Origin: a bacterium
GTDB taxonomy: Bacteria; Patescibacteriota; Microgenomatia; UBA10105; UBA927
Direction of reading: 5' to 3'
NCBI GenBank assembly: GCA_021817785.1
Contig: JAKAFY010000003.1
Location: 4,376 to 68,375 of the forward strand
DNA length: 64,000 nucleotides
In this document: positions 37,541 through 50,652 of the stretch, in pieces
How the letters are laid out: each line of letters opens with the position of its first letter
Position numbering within the stretch: position 1 is the first letter of the stretch
Notes under the pieces: generated by a model
The model's database searches: none
The model's input: the letters and a program-made list of their open reading frames with translations, nothing else
Told to the model about the DNA's origin: nothing
Position numbers and translations under genes: made by a program

Positions 37541-39223
37541 CTATTTTATCAATTTTGCGCGGTCGTTACAAGCTCGAATGTAATCGATGAACAGGGGGTG
37601 GGGCGTCAGCGGCTGGGAGCGGTATTCCGGGTGGTACTGTGTGCCCAGGAAAAACGGGTGTACATTGGTCGGAAGTTCGATGATTTCCGCCAGGTTTTCT
37701 ACGGTGGAACGGCCGGAAATGATAAGCCCGTGATCTTCCAGGGCTTTGGCATAGTCGTCGTTAAACTCGTATCGGTGGCGGTGGCGTTCCCATACCAGCC
37801 GCTGTGCGGGATCGGTATACCCGCCGTGGGCCACATAACTTTTGTCGGCTATTGACCCCTCTTTGACGTTGCATTCCCAGCGGCCTAACCGCATGGTACC
37901 GCCGTATGCCCTGCGGGATTTGTTTTCTTCCTGCAGTTTGTTCATATGGATGACGGGGTTGGGCGTACGCTCGTCACACTCGGTCGTATTGGCGTCGGTA
38001 AGTCCCAAGACATTGCGCGCATATTCCACCGTGGCAAGCTGCATGCCGTAGCAAAGCCCGAGATACGGAATTTTGTGTTCCCGGGCGTACCGGATGGCAA
38101 CCAACATGCCCTCGACGCCGCGGGCGCCCCAGCCTATGGGCACGATGACGCCGGACACGCCGTCCAGGAGTTTTTCAATGGGTTCCCCTTTTTCGATTTT
38201 CTGAGAGTTCACCCAGCGCGTCTTTACCTGCACGCCTTCGTGCCATCCTGCGTGATCCAACGCGTCCATAAGCGCGGCATACGAATCCCGAAGTTCGTAG
38301 TCCCCGGTACCGAAATATTTGCCGACGATGGCTACTTCTACCGTTTTCTTTTTGCTTGTCTTCACCGTATCCAGAAACGCATTCCAGTGGGTTAGATCGG
38401 GCGCACGGTCGGGCAGATTGAGGAGCGATAATATCTTTTGCGCAAACCCCTGTTCTTCAAACGTCTGCGGTACGGCGTAGGCCGTGGATTCATCCGGATT
38501 GTTGATGACGTTTTCGGGACTCACATTGCAAAACATCGCCACGCGTTCGCGGCGTCGGATATCGATGGGTTTTTCACTGCGGCAGACGATGAAATCGGGC
38601 TGGATACCCATGGACAGCAAAAACTTCACGGACAATTGTGTGGGCTTGGTCTTGGGCTCACCCAGGTGCTGAGGCGTGGGCAGGTAGCTCACGTGGACAT
38701 GGACGACCGTTGCTTTGCGGACTGTTTTTAAAATCCGGGACGCTTCGTAGTAAAGCATGTTCTGGTATTCGCCTGCCGTCCCGCCAAGCTCTACGACCAC
38801 GATTTCCGCGCCGTCTTTTTTGGCCGCTTCATCGATGCGCTTCAATATCTCATCCGTTATGTGGGGGATAGCTTCCACGTCTTCGCCTTTGTATTCGAAA
38901 TTCCGTTCGCGGGCAATCACCGAAGAGTAAATCTGGCCCATGGTGATAAAGTTATGCCGGTAGACGTTTTTCCCCAGGATTTTTTCATAGGTACCCATAT
39001 CCATATCGGCCTCGGTCCCGTCGTCACAAAGATATGGGTCACCGTGCTCGATGGGATTGATGAGTCCTGAGTCCAAATTAAGGTAATTTTCGCATTTTAC
39101 GGGGGTGACGCTGTAACCTCTCTGCTGAAGGAGTAAGCCTATGGAGGCTGCCGTAACGCCCTTGCCTAAACCGGAAAGGACGCCGCCTGATACAAATATG
39201 TATTTAATCTCGTGAGCGGGCAT
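37541..39223 (-). CDS. pyrG: CTP synthase
   Basis: N-terminal synthetase domain ([14 protein letters not shown]), C-terminal GATase (GLCYGMQ, HRHRYE). Confidence 0.95.
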   Translation of the reverse strand: MPAHEIKYIFVSGGVLSGLGKGVTAASIGLLLQQRGYSVTPVKCENYLNLDSGLINPIEHGDPYLCDDGTEADMDMGTYEKILGKNVYRHNFITMGQIYSSVIARERNFEYKGEDVEAIPHITDEILKRIDEAAKKDGAEIVVVELGGTAGEYQNMLYYEASRILKTVRKATVVHVHVSYLPTPQHLGEPKTKPTQLSVKFLLSMGIQPDFIVCRSEKPIDIRRRERVAMFCNVSPENVINNPDESTAYAVPQTFEEQGFAQKILSLLNLPDRAPDLTHWNAFLDTVKTSKKKTVEVAIVGKYFGTGDYELRDSYAALMDALDHAGWHEGVQVKTRWVNSQKIEKGEPIEKLLDGVSGVIVPIGWGARGVEGMLVAIRYAREHKIPYLGLCYGMQLATVEYARNVLGLTDANTTECDERTPNPVIHMNKLQEENKSRRAYGGTMRLGRWECNVKEGSIADKSYVAHGGYTDPAQRLVWERHRHRYEFNDDYAKALEDHGLIISGRSTVENLAEIIELPTNVHPFFLGTQYHPEYRSQPLTPHPLFIDYIRACNDRAKLIK

Positions 39224-39430
39224 GGCCAAGCAGTAGATTTTCGATATCTCACGATGCAATGAGATACAAATCCACTCCTCCTTTCAATAACGTCAATGGA
39301 AATACCGAAACATTCGGAGCGTAAAATGAGGCTATTGCAATCGAAAATTCACAACTTGGCATGGTTTAAGATACCAAAAAAACACATCGCCGTCAATAAA
39401 GCGAAGAGAAACTATAGATCACCGTATCCT

Positions 39431-39940
39431 TTATTTCCCCGATGATCGTTTCATTTTGGCTGTATGTTTTGGTTCTTTTCGTGCGCTTTGGGGCACCAGA
39501 TGGGTGCGGAACAGGGTGTAAAAGATATCTCCCTTGGTGATTACGCCCATGACGCGGTCGCGCTCGTCTAGGACCGGCAACTGGTCGACGTTTCGTACGA
39601 TCATCCGGGAAAGCACCCGCATGATGAGCGTATCGGCTCGGGTAAACACCACGGTTTTGCTCATGAGGTCTTTGGCCAGCAGTCCCTCGAGATCTTCGAT
39701 TTTATGCTCCATGGCTTCAAAATCCTTGGTGGTTTCCAGGTATTCAAATACATCCTGGTACTGCGGGTATAACGGGCGAAGCAAATCCTCGCGGGTGATG
39801 ATGCCGACGAGTTTGTTTTTTGCATCTACGACCGGAAGCGTATGGATATGTTTGGAAAAGAAGCGTTTCCAAATTTCCTTGTAGGGAGTATTTGGTCCTA
39901 CCGTCACAACCCCTTTGGACATGATCTCGGAGACGATCAT
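39431..39940 (-). CDS. CBS-domain pair protein
   Basis: Two CBS motifs (SEIMSKGVVTV..., DLMSKTVVFT...); start chosen at MIVSEIM. Confidence 0.8.
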   Translation of the reverse strand: MIVSEIMSKGVVTVGPNTPYKEIWKRFFSKHIHTLPVVDAKNKLVGIITREDLLRPLYPQYQDVFEYLETTKDFEAMEHKIEDLEGLLAKDLMSKTVVFTRADTLIMRVLSRMIVRNVDQLPVLDERDRVMGVITKGDIFYTLFRTHLVPQSARKEPKHTAKMKRSSGK

Positions 39941-39996
39941 AATGCGATTCGTGATGAGTATAGTCAAGAGAAGAAGACCTTGTCAATCCCTTTTTA

Positions 39997-40200
39997 TTAA
40001 GATAATATATCATCTTCAGTTTTACTAAGCGCGTTAAGAAGATGCATTAATGAACGAACCCTTCGTTTTAGCTTCTTTTTTGATACAGGATTGGTTGGTT
40101 TATCTTTTGGAAACTGGTTACCTTGTATCCTATGAAGCAAAGTATCAACATGTTTAACCTGGGCCTGAGAATCAACTGATTTTTTTTCTGCCTTAGACAT
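39997..40200 (-). CDS. small basic hypothetical protein (67 aa), low GC
   Basis: ORF only. Confidence 0.25.
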   Translation of the reverse strand: MSKAEKKSVDSQAQVKHVDTLLHRIQGNQFPKDKPTNPVSKKKLKRRVRSLMHLLNALSKTEDDILS

Positions 40201-40229
40201 ATTTTATATACATTATAATCGAGTCGACG

Positions 40230-40664
40230 TTATGAAGACACGCTGCCGCCGAATGGGTGGGTTTTCCGTCGTTTGGCGACTTTGAGCTCCAGTATCGAGC
40301 GGCGAAGGGTCGCGAGCGCCGTCACCAATTCGTCTCCGGTGACCTTGCGCGCGATCAGTGATTTGGCGGATTCCATGGCTTTTTTGATTTCGGCTTCGTT
40401 GACTTCGTCCGCGTGGACCGCGCGGGATACCAATATGGTGACGGTGCCATGCGGCCGCACTTCCATAAATCCCCCGCCGATCGCCAGAAAATACTGTTTG
40501 CCCGCGGCAGAAATCTTCAGCTCTCCTTCGGCCAGGGACGTAAACAGCGCCTCGTGGTGAGCCAATACCTCGATAAGCCCTTCCGGCGTCGGAACCGTCA
40601 CGGCATCGACTTCCTCGGAAAAGGCTTTGCGCTGAGGCGTGATGATATCGAGTAAAAATTTCAT
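40230..40664 (-). CDS. atpC: F1 ATP synthase epsilon subunit
   Basis: Beta-sandwich plus helical hairpin pattern (TPEGLIEVLAHHEALFTSL...); operon position after atpD. Confidence 0.85.
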   Translation of the reverse strand: MKFLLDIITPQRKAFSEEVDAVTVPTPEGLIEVLAHHEALFTSLAEGELKISAAGKQYFLAIGGGFMEVRPHGTVTILVSRAVHADEVNEAEIKKAMESAKSLIARKVTGDELVTALATLRRSILELKVAKRRKTHPFGGSVSS

Positions 40665-40670
40665 ATATAA

Positions 40671-40750
40671 GTCATTGCGAGGAACAACGTGACGACGCAA
40701 TCTCGTTTATGATTGGGATTGCTTCGCCGTCAGAACGGACTCGCAATGAC
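40671..40750. repeat. 80-bp palindromic element between atpD and atpC
   Basis: Outer arms GTCATTGCGAG / CTCGCAATGAC (11 bp, perfect) enclosing imperfect inner inverted repeats. Confidence 0.6.
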
Positions 40751-40757
40751 AGATGAT

Positions 40758-42299
<1,542 letters not shown>

Positions 42300-42306
42300 C
42301 TTTTTT

Positions 42307-43167
42307 CTACACTTCCACCGCCATACGGGCGGTGACCATATCGGTAATTTCGTATGTGATTTTTTCCTGGCGTGCTTTGTTGTACTGGAGGGTCAGTTCG
42401 TCCCGCAGGGTATTGGCGTTGTCCGTCGCGTTGTGCATGGCGATCATCTGGGCGGCATATTCGCTGGCTTCGGACTGCAAAACCGCATCCCGCAGCTGGT
42501 TTTCGACGTAATGCGGCAGTAATGACGCAAATACGTCTTCCACATTGGGCTCGATGACAAATTCGTACGTCTTTTCGCCTTCGGAGGGAAGCTCAGAACC
42601 CGACAGCGTAAGCGGCAACAAGGTCTTTTTGTGCGGAATTTGTTTGACCACGGATACGAATTCGTTGGAGACAACGTCGACGCCGTCATAGCCGCCGGAC
42701 AAAAATGACTGGATCATGAGCTCTACCACTGCCGGCACGACCTGTTCCCGCGGCGTCGTATCGGAAAAATCCGCTTTGACGCTCCGCCCCACACGGGTTA
42801 TGAAATCCGCGCCTTTTTTCCCGACCGTCATCACGTCGCAAGCATTGAGATTGGGATATTCGTGCATCAGAAACCGGAACAGCGTGGTATTGAGCCCGCC
42901 GCAGAGTCCTTTGTTCGTCGACAGCAAAATAATGAGGCGTCTGCCGGTGGGCTTGGGAGCCGTAAGCAGCGGATGGTTCCGGTAGTCCGTACGCTGGGCT
43001 AAGCGCATGACCATCTCATAGATCTTTTCGGCATACAGTTTGCCGGCGAGTGCTGCCGCCTGGGCTTTTTTCATTTTGGCCGCGGCCACCAGTTCCATGG
43101 CTTTGGTAATCTGCGATATGTTTTTGCTCGTTTTGATACGGCGTTTGATGAGACGGATATTGGCCAT
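42307..43167 (-). CDS. atpG: F1 ATP synthase gamma subunit
   Basis: MANIRLIKRRIKTSKNISQITKAMELVAAAKMKKAQ N-terminus and conserved C-terminal helix. Confidence 0.9.
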   Translation of the reverse strand: MANIRLIKRRIKTSKNISQITKAMELVAAAKMKKAQAAALAGKLYAEKIYEMVMRLAQRTDYRNHPLLTAPKPTGRRLIILLSTNKGLCGGLNTTLFRFLMHEYPNLNACDVMTVGKKGADFITRVGRSVKADFSDTTPREQVVPAVVELMIQSFLSGGYDGVDVVSNEFVSVVKQIPHKKTLLPLTLSGSELPSEGEKTYEFVIEPNVEDVFASLLPHYVENQLRDAVLQSEASEYAAQMIAMHNATDNANTLRDELTLQYNKARQEKITYEITDMVTARMAVEV

Positions 43168-43185
43168 ACATCAGTAATAAAGAAA

Positions 43186-43330
43186 TAAGTTCGTAAAGTT
43201 CATAAAGTTCGTAAAGTGAAAAAGTTCATAAAGTTCATAAAGTTCGTAAAGTTTATAAAGTTCATAAAGTGAAAAGGTTCATAAAGTTCGTAAAGTGAAA
43301 AAGTTCGTAATGTTTATAACGTTTGTAAAG
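43186..43330. repeat. 9-bp tandem repeat array A (about 16 units of AAGTTCRTA with interspersed AAGTGAAA)
   Basis: aagttcgtaaagttcataaagttcgtaaagtgaaaaagttcataaagttcataaagttcgtaaagtttataaagttcataaagtgaaaaggttcataaagttcgtaaagtgaaaaagttcgtaatgtttataacgtttgtaaag between atpA and atpG. Confidence 0.9.
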
Positions 43331-43369
43331 ACGTCCTTTATGAACGTTCAAATGTTACGAACATTTACC

Positions 43370-44881
43370 TCATAGTTTAAATGACTTCTTAAAGTCTTTG
43401 ACTGCGGATTCCAATTCCTTTTCGATTTCCGGCGTCAGGACTTTTTCCTTGGCGATCGCTTTCAGCACTTTTTTGTGGCGGCTCTCGAGATACGTGTGGA
43501 GCTGCGTTTCAAACACGGTCACCTGCGGCACCGGCACGTCATCCAGATATCCCTGGGCTCCTGCCCACATGACAGCAACCTGGAGCGCTACCGGCTGCGG
43601 CTGGTATTGTCCCTGTTTCAGAAGCTCCATCATGCGGCTTCCCCGGGCAATCTGCTTTTTGGTCGTTTCGTCTACGTCCGCCGCAAACTGGGCAAATGCT
43701 GCCAAATCGCGGTACTGCGCCAGATCCAGGCGGAGGTTGCCGGCGACTTTTTTCATGGCTTTGATCTGCGCGGATCCTCCCACACGGGATACGGAAAGCC
43801 CCACGTTGATAGCCGGACGCTGACCCGCATTGAACAAATCAGACTCGAGGTAGAGCTGCCCGTCGGTTATGGAAATGACGTTGGTCGGAATATAGGCGGA
43901 CATATCCCCTGCCTGTGTTTCGATAATGGGAAGCGCGGTAATCGACCCGCCGCCTTTTTCTGGGGACAGCCGGCACGCACGCTCAAGCAGTCTGCTATGA
44001 AGGTAAAACACGTCTCCGGGATATGCCTCGCGGCCGCTTGGGCGGCGCAGCGTCAGCGAAATCTGGCGGTATGCCCAGGCATGTTTGGACAAATCATCGT
44101 AGATGATCAACACGTCTTTTCCTTTGTTCATGAAATACTCGCCCATCGCACACCCTGCGTACGGCGCCAGATACTGGTACGTCACGGGGTCGCTGGCTGA
44201 GGCCGATACCACGATCGTATGTGCCATGGCGTTTCGTTCGGAAATATCGGCGATAACCTGGGCCACTCTGGCCGTCTTTTGGCCGATGGCGACATATATG
44301 CAGATCACTCCTTCGTCTTTTTGGTTAATGATCGTATCCACGGCAATGGCGGTTTTCCCCGTGGTGCGGTCCCCGATGATCAGCTCGCGCTGCCCGCGGC
44401 CGATGGGAATCATGGCGTCGATCGCTTTGATACCCGTCTGCAGCGGCGTATTGACCGCCTGGCGGTGTACGACTCCGGATGCGATTTGTTCCATGGGATA
44501 GCGCGTTTTGGAGGAAATCGTGCCTTTGCCGTCGATCGGCTGGCCCATCGGGTTGATCACCCGGCCCAAAAACGCCTCCCCGACGGGAACGGACAACAGA
44601 TTGCCGGTGGAGCGCACTTCATCGCCTTCTTTGATGGCCAGATAATCACCGAGTATGATGATGCCGACTTCTTCTTCCTCCAGATTTACGACCACTCCCT
44701 CGGTGCCGTTTGCAAACGTCACCAACTCGAGGTAGGAAACGTGCGGCAGCCCGGATGCTTTGGCGACACCGTCGGCAATCGTGGTCACGTAGCCCACTCT
44801 CCTGGCCCCGACGGACGATTCAAAGTTTTCCAGTTTTTTGACTAATTCTTTGGCGATAAGCGATGATACATCTGTTTTCAT
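43370..44881 (-). CDS. atpA: F1 ATP synthase alpha subunit
   Basis: P-loop GDRTTGKT, alpha-subunit signature. Confidence 0.95.
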   Translation of the reverse strand: MKTDVSSLIAKELVKKLENFESSVGARRVGYVTTIADGVAKASGLPHVSYLELVTFANGTEGVVVNLEEEEVGIIILGDYLAIKEGDEVRSTGNLLSVPVGEAFLGRVINPMGQPIDGKGTISSKTRYPMEQIASGVVHRQAVNTPLQTGIKAIDAMIPIGRGQRELIIGDRTTGKTAIAVDTIINQKDEGVICIYVAIGQKTARVAQVIADISERNAMAHTIVVSASASDPVTYQYLAPYAGCAMGEYFMNKGKDVLIIYDDLSKHAWAYRQISLTLRRPSGREAYPGDVFYLHSRLLERACRLSPEKGGGSITALPIIETQAGDMSAYIPTNVISITDGQLYLESDLFNAGQRPAINVGLSVSRVGGSAQIKAMKKVAGNLRLDLAQYRDLAAFAQFAADVDETTKKQIARGSRMMELLKQGQYQPQPVALQVAVMWAGAQGYLDDVPVPQVTVFETQLHTYLESRHKKVLKAIAKEKVLTPEIEKELESAVKDFKKSFKL

Positions 44882-44891
44882 AGAATTTAAA

Positions 44892-45248
44892 TTACTCCCC
44901 CTGAAGCATAACGCTCATGTTTTGTAATTCGTTTTTCATACTCGTGTCCATGACCCAGTCGCCCATCTGGATACGCACGCCGGCGATGAGATCCGGCTCG
45001 ATTCTCGTTTCCAGACTGACGTCATGCCCGGACACTTTGGCAAGCAGTTTTCCGACTGCCCGTTCTTCGTCTGCCGTCAGCTTTACCGCAGACAGGACGA
45101 CCGCCTGGCGCTCTTTCCGGGCGCCGGAGGTCATTTTCATAAGTAACGACTGTACCCTGGGCGTCACGGAAGACGCTTTGCCGGTCGCTTTCAGCTGCGT
45201 GACGACTCCGTTAACAAATCCACGCGCATCTTGAGTTAATGATTTCAT
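44892..45248 (-). CDS. atpH: ATP synthase delta (OSCP) subunit, short form
   Basis: 118 aa matching the OSCP C-terminal region ([22 protein letters not shown]); position between atpF and atpA. Confidence 0.7.
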   Translation of the reverse strand: MKSLTQDARGFVNGVVTQLKATGKASSVTPRVQSLLMKMTSGARKERQAVVLSAVKLTADEERAVGKLLAKVSGHDVSLETRIEPDLIAGVRIQMGDWVMDTSMKNELQNMSVMLQGE

Positions 45249-45288
45249 ATAGTACGGTGATCCCGCATCTCGGGACTACTACCTCCGG

Positions 45289-45792
45289 TCATACGCGATT
45301 GGCCCACGACTCCAAGTCTTTGACCCGCTTGGCGATATAGGCATGCTGTTCTTTGGCAGACATGATGGACGTAAGCAACCGCCTGGCCATCATGGTCGCC
45401 AGCTCAACTGCTTCCTTGCGGAGTGCAGCCTGTGCCGTTTTATGTACTTCGGCAGCTTCTTCCTTGGCCCGGGTGATGATCGCAGCAGCCTGCGTATGTG
45501 CGTCGGCCACGAGTTCCTTTTCTACTTCCTTGGCCTGCTTTTTGGCTTCTTCGATAATACCCATCGCATCTTCCCGCGCTTTTGCCATGGCTTTTTCCTG
45601 CTTTTCTTTAAACTTTTCTTCCTCGACCCGCATCTTTTCGGTCAGCGAAACGCCTTCGGCGATTTCTTTTTTCCGTTTGTTGATCATGTCGAGAATCGGC
45701 TTATAAAGAAGCTTCTGCAATACAAACACGATGATTGCAAAATTCACGAGCTGTGCGATAAGTAATTTTGGTTCTATCCCTAATTGTTCCAT
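45289..45792 (-). CDS. atpF: Fo ATP synthase subunit b
   Basis: N-terminal TM helix, then long Ala/Glu/Lys-rich helix. Confidence 0.85.
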   Translation of the reverse strand: MEQLGIEPKLLIAQLVNFAIIVFVLQKLLYKPILDMINKRKKEIAEGVSLTEKMRVEEEKFKEKQEKAMAKAREDAMGIIEEAKKQAKEVEKELVADAHTQAAAIITRAKEEAAEVHKTAQAALRKEAVELATMMARRLLTSIMSAKEQHAYIAKRVKDLESWANRV

Positions 45793-45858
45793 GTATATAA
45801 TGACGTCAACCGTGACGGGATGACACTATGGTCATCCCGTGCACGAATGCGTTTTGCG

Positions 45859-46086
45859 TTACGTAAAACGAATAATGAGCCCGATAACCAACGAGTAAAT
45901 GGCGATTGCTTCCGCAAACGCGATACCCAAAATCATGTTGGTTCGAAGGTCGTTGGCTGCCTCGGGATTTCGTCCCATGGCTTCCAATGCTTTGCCGGTC
46001 AATAACCCGATGGCGAGTGCTGGCATACCACCGCCGATTGCGACGGTTAATCCCATCATGACTAAACGAACTGATGTTTGATCCAT
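45859..46086 (-). CDS. atpE: Fo ATP synthase subunit c
   Basis: 75-aa hairpin proteolipid with the conserved carboxylate (IAFAEAIAIYSLVI). Confidence 0.9.
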   Translation of the reverse strand: MDQTSVRLVMMGLTVAIGGGMPALAIGLLTGKALEAMGRNPEAANDLRTNMILGIAFAEAIAIYSLVIGLIIRFT

Positions 46087-46216
46087 AATACACTCACCCC
46101 CTTTGCGTTCCTGTAGTCTTTCGGACTACGGACATAATCGTTACCCTGTAAGTATACGCGATTCCACGCCGCGCTGCCATACATCACCACGCTGCATCCC
46201 CGCCCTCCCCAACCCG

Positions 46217-46936
46217 TCATTCTTCGTGCGCGACTGCGATGGTAAAAAAGGCCGCGGACAGCATAGAAAATACGAGCGCCTGGATGAGTCCCACAAACAG
46301 CTCCATGAACAAAAACGGCAATGGGACGATAAACGGCATCAGAAACGCCATGACCGCCAGCAATACTTCCCCGGCGAATATGTTTCCGAACAACCGGAAC
46401 GCAAACGAGATGATTTTGGACAAATCCGAAATGATCTCCAATATCCCTACGCTGAAAAGGATGGGGTCTTTGAAATTGATATAGCGCTTGGCGTAGTGGT
46501 GCCCCAGATTTTTAAAGCCGTAATACTGCATGGCGAGCACGGAAACGACGGCCAATGCGATGGTCGTATTGAGGTCCGACATGGCACCCCGGAACAGCGG
46601 GATAAACTCTTCACCGTGCCAGAATCCTACGGTACCCACGCCGGGCAACAACCCGATCCAGTTGGCAAGCAATATATAGAGGAATAAACTGCCGACCAGC
46701 GGGAAAAACTGTCCGATAAAGCTGCCGGAGATGGAACCGAAAAAATCGTACAGCCCGCCGACGACTATCTCGGCCAGCGTCTGAAACGTACCCGGTTTCA
46801 TCGAAAGCTTGCGGGTGGCTACGATACTACATACGATGAGGACTGCCATCACGATCCACGTGGTAAGCAGTGCGTTCGATATAGGAAGCCCCCAGAGCGT
46901 CCAGAGCGTTTCCGCGGGTAGTGATATGCGTAACAT
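46217..46936 (-). CDS. atpB: Fo ATP synthase subunit a
   Basis: Conserved Arg-containing helix (FRLFGNIFAGEVLL). Confidence 0.9.
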   Translation of the reverse strand: MLRISLPAETLWTLWGLPISNALLTTWIVMAVLIVCSIVATRKLSMKPGTFQTLAEIVVGGLYDFFGSISGSFIGQFFPLVGSLFLYILLANWIGLLPGVGTVGFWHGEEFIPLFRGAMSDLNTTIALAVVSVLAMQYYGFKNLGHHYAKRYINFKDPILFSVGILEIISDLSKIISFAFRLFGNIFAGEVLLAVMAFLMPFIVPLPFLFMELFVGLIQALVFSMLSAAFFTIAVAHEE

Positions 46937-46967
46937 GTCGGTTTGAGACTAAATAAATACGTTTCTA

Positions 46968-47315
46968 TTATGCCTTACGGATCACATCCCGTACAATGCG
47001 TATCAGTGATGTACATGATAAAGCCAGTCCGAATACAAATAACCCCACGGTCCATCGGGGCGCGGTGCCCCAGCGGGCATCCAGTTTGGTGCCGATGATC
47101 AATCCCCCTACCATAGGAAGGGCGATATCAAATCCCAATTCGCCGGCGAGTGAAAAATATTTCATCCCGCTGGTTTTTGCCTTCGGGACCTTCTTTTTTA
47201 CCCGGGGATGCACGGCGGTATGCCCGTCATCCATCACCAAATCAAACGTTTTTTCGTCTACTTCATCATGCACTGATTTCATAGGTATTGTATCGCGGCC
47301 GCCCAAACCGGTCAA
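46968..47315 (-). CDS. AtpZ/AtpI-like small membrane protein preceding the atp operon
   Basis: Two TM helices (FSLAGELGFDIALPMVGGLIIG, WTVGLFVFGLALSCTSLI); operon position. Confidence 0.55.
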   Translation of the reverse strand: MTGLGGRDTIPMKSVHDEVDEKTFDLVMDDGHTAVHPRVKKKVPKAKTSGMKYFSLAGELGFDIALPMVGGLIIGTKLDARWGTAPRWTVGLFVFGLALSCTSLIRIVRDVIRKA

Positions 47316-47322
47316 CGGGTGG

Positions 47323-50300
47323 TCAGGCCGTAAGTTTGGTCATGGGCTGCAACACCCGCACTTCGTCGGCCAGGATCATGAGCCGGTCTTCTTTCTGATC
47401 TATTTTCCCGCTTACCAGTACGACGCCGTCCCGCACCCATAGCTGGCTGGTCCGCGCGTAGGTTTTGGGAAATATGACGACTTCTATAGAACCCGTCAGA
47501 TCCTCGATGCGGGCAAACGCCATTTCCGCGTTGCTTGCGCGCGTGATAATTTTTTTGACCTGCGTGATCAGGCCGATGACCTGCACGCGCTGACTCACGG
47601 TTTCTTCGGATATGTCGGCTATGGGCGTCATATGGTCTTTGTGCGTAAACTGCGCCATCGTTTTTTCCAACGGGTGGGCGGTAAGATAAAACCCGAGCAT
47701 TTCTTTTTCAAACGCCAGGAGTTCCTGGCTGGAAAGCTCCGCCACCTGGGGCAGGTATTCCGCGTGGGACGCGTCGGCTTTGACGGTCGGCCCGGTGTCA
47801 AACAATCCGACCTGGCCGGCTGCTATTGCTTTGCGTTCTTTGTGGACGACATCGAGCATGGTTTCCAAAGCAGCAAGCAGCGCTGACCGCGATCCGAACG
47901 CATCCATGGCTCCTGCACGGATTAAGCTTTCCAGCGTTTTTTTGTTGACTTTCGATACATCTACCCTGCGCAAAAATTCCGAAAAGCTGTGATAGGGCCC
48001 TTCGGACGTCCGGGACGCCAATATGCTCTCGATCGCAGCTTCCCCCACGTTTTTTATGGCGGACAGCCCGAACCGGATATTGCCGGCTTCTACCGCAAAC
48101 TCGACGGACGACGTATTGATATCCGGCGGAAGCAGGGCCAGGCCCATGCGTTTGCACTCCGAGACGATCATGGCGATTTTTTCGTTTCTGGTGTCACCCG
48201 TATTGGCGCGCGATTCCGCCGTCAGCACGGCCGTCATGTACTCGACCGGATAATTCGCTTTAAGATACGCGGTTTGGTAGGCGATGACGGCATAACAGGC
48301 CGCGTGCGCTTTGTTGAACCCGTAGCCCGCGAACGGCTCGATGAGATGAAATATTTCTTCTGCTTTTTGTTTGGACATGCCGTTTTTGACACAGCCGTCG
48401 ATAAATTTCTCCTGCTGCTTTTTCATTTCGGACGGAATTTTTTTACCCACGGCCTTGCGCAGTTTGTCCGCATCCAGCCAGGAATATCCCGCCAGGGTTA
48501 TGGCGGTGAGCAATACGTCGTCCTGATAGCAGATCAGCCCGTATGAGGTTTTGAGGACATCCTGTAACCGCGGGTCCGGATAGGTGATGCTGGCGGGATT
48601 GTTTTTCCGGGCGATAAACTGCGGGATGACGAGCATCGGTCCCGGCCGGTAGAGCGCCACCATAGCCATAAGGTCAAAGATGGTGGTGGGCTTCAGCTCT
48701 TTTATATACCGGCGCATGCCGGAGGATTCCAGCTGGAATACGCCCGTGGTTTCGCCGATAGAAAGCATGTCAAACGTTTTGGTATCCGTCAGCGGTATGG
48801 AATACAGATCCAATGTTTTTCCTTTTGTGGTTTTGATAAACGCCAGCGCCTGGGACATGATGGTTAAGTTCCGAAGACCCAGAAAGTCCATTTTCAAAAG
48901 TCCCACCCCGTCTTCCCCTACCGTATACATGTCGTACTGGGTCACCACCCGGTTGCCTTTGGATTCGCGCTGCAGCGGCGTGTACTCGACGAGCGGCTTG
49001 TCTGCGATGACGACGCCGGCCGCGTGCACCGATGCATGGCGTGCAACTCCTTCGAGCTTTCGGGCGACATCGAGTAAACGCTTGGTTTCCGGCTCGGTCC
49101 GGTAGGCCGTGGCAAGGTCCGGCGACTGGTCTATGGCTTTGTCTATCGACATGGACGCCCCCTGCGCACCCGGCGGAATCATTTTGGATATGCGGTCGGG
49201 TGCCGCATACGGCATACCCAGCGCCCGCCCCGCATCCCGGACAGCCCCCCGGGCTTCCATGGTCCCGAAGGTGATAATTTGGGCTACTTTGTCGTCCCCG
49301 TAGCGGTTGGTGACATACGCGATTACTTCTTCCCGGCGGTCATCGGCAAAATCCAGATCGATATCCGGAGGCGACGGCCGCAGCGGATTGAGGAACCGCT
49401 CAAACGGCAAGCGGAAATACAACGGGTCGATACCGGTAATGTTTAGAATATACGACACGACGGACCCTGCCCCGGACCCGCGGCCCGGGCCAACCCCGAT
49501 ACCGTTTTCTTTTGCCCAGTTGACGAAATCCGACACGATTAGAAAATATGTGGAATATCCTTTTTTGACGATGATATCCAGCTCATACTCGATGCGGGCG
49601 GTCAGTTCCGGCGTGACCGTTTTGTACTTTAACGATATACGCTCGTTGATAAGCTGCCGCAGATAGTCCTCCGGTTTTTTGTCATCCGGGACGGGAAATT
49701 TCGGCAGAATCCATTTTCCGACGGATAGCGTGATGTCGCACATATCCGCGATTTTTACGGAATTTTCTATCGCTTCGGGATACTGCATGAACAGCTCCTC
49801 CATTTCGTCGGGACTGCGGAGGTAAAAATCCGGCGACCCGAGCATGGACAGCGGCCGATTTTTTTCGACGATGGTGCGTTGGGTCTGGACGCAGAGCAAT
49901 ATTTCCTGTGCTTCGGCGTCGTCGGCCCGCACGTAATGCACGTCGTTGGTGGCCAAAAGCGGCAACCCGAGCTTACGGGACAAGGCAACAAGCTTTTCCG
50001 TCACCTGGCCCACTTCGGGGATATGCGGGTGTTTTTGGATTTCTATATAATAATGATCCGGTCCGAACAGATCTGCGTATTTGAGTGCGACTTCTTCTGC
50101 TTCTTTCTGTTTGTCCTGCAACAGGAGCTGGGGCACCTGACCGGCCAAACACGCACTCGTTGCAATGATCCCCTCGTGATGCTGCTGCAAGAGTTCCCAG
50201 TCGATGCGCGGCTTGTAATAAAATCCTTCCAGATGCGCGTGGGTCACCAACTTCATGAGATTTTTATAGCCTTCGTTGTTTTGGGCAAGCAAAATAAGGT

Positions 50301-50562
50301 GGTACGGGTCCGTATCAATCTTTCCTTCCTTGTCAAACCGGCTGCGGCGGGCCACATACGTTTCTACCCCGATGATGGGCTTGATACCCGCAGCTCGGGC
50401 TTTGAGGTAAAACTTGAAACTCCCGTACATGGCGCCGTGGTCGGTGAGTGCCATGGCGTCCATGCCCAGTTCTTTGACGCGGTTGATCAAAAGATCGAGT
50501 TTCCCCAACCCGTCGAGTAAGGAAAATTCGCTATGGACATGCAGGTGGACAAATTTCGCCAT
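47323..50562 (-). CDS. dnaE: DNA polymerase III alpha subunit
   Basis: N-terminal PHP (HLHVHSEFSLLDG), palm, fingers, OB-fold; 1079 aa. Confidence 0.95.
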   Translation of the reverse strand: MAKFVHLHVHSEFSLLDGLGKLDLLINRVKELGMDAMALTDHGAMYGSFKFYLKARAAGIKPIIGVETYVARRSRFDKEGKIDTDPYHLILLAQNNEGYKNLMKLVTHAHLEGFYYKPRIDWELLQQHHEGIIATSACLAGQVPQLLLQDKQKEAEEVALKYADLFGPDHYYIEIQKHPHIPEVGQVTEKLVALSRKLGLPLLATNDVHYVRADDAEAQEILLCVQTQRTIVEKNRPLSMLGSPDFYLRSPDEMEELFMQYPEAIENSVKIADMCDITLSVGKWILPKFPVPDDKKPEDYLRQLINERISLKYKTVTPELTARIEYELDIIVKKGYSTYFLIVSDFVNWAKENGIGVGPGRGSGAGSVVSYILNITGIDPLYFRLPFERFLNPLRPSPPDIDLDFADDRREEVIAYVTNRYGDDKVAQIITFGTMEARGAVRDAGRALGMPYAAPDRISKMIPPGAQGASMSIDKAIDQSPDLATAYRTEPETKRLLDVARKLEGVARHASVHAAGVVIADKPLVEYTPLQRESKGNRVVTQYDMYTVGEDGVGLLKMDFLGLRNLTIMSQALAFIKTTKGKTLDLYSIPLTDTKTFDMLSIGETTGVFQLESSGMRRYIKELKPTTIFDLMAMVALYRPGPMLVIPQFIARKNNPASITYPDPRLQDVLKTSYGLICYQDDVLLTAITLAGYSWLDADKLRKAVGKKIPSEMKKQQEKFIDGCVKNGMSKQKAEEIFHLIEPFAGYGFNKAHAACYAVIAYQTAYLKANYPVEYMTAVLTAESRANTGDTRNEKIAMIVSECKRMGLALLPPDINTSSVEFAVEAGNIRFGLSAIKNVGEAAIESILASRTSEGPYHSFSEFLRRVDVSKVNKKTLESLIRAGAMDAFGSRSALLAALETMLDVVHKERKAIAAGQVGLFDTGPTVKADASHAEYLPQVAELSSQELLAFEKEMLGFYLTAHPLEKTMAQFTHKDHMTPIADISEETVSQRVQVIGLITQVKKIITRASNAEMAFARIEDLTGSIEVVIFPKTYARTSQLWVRDGVVLVSGKIDQKEDRLMILADEVRVLQPMTKLTA

Positions 50563-50573
50563 GATATTTTTAG

Positions 50574-50645
50574 AGTCATCCCCGACCTAATCGGGGATCC
50601 AGTGTATACTACGCTGGATTTCCGCGTTCGCGGGAATGACAGCCA
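50574..50645. repeat. dispersed double/triple-hairpin element, copy 1
   Basis: GTCATCCCCGAcctaaTCGGGGAT-CCAGTGTATACTACGCTGG-ATTTCCGCGttcGCGGGAATGAC; its reverse complement matches 60002-60055 at about 50 of 52 positions. Confidence 0.75.
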
Positions 50646-50652
50646 TACTCTT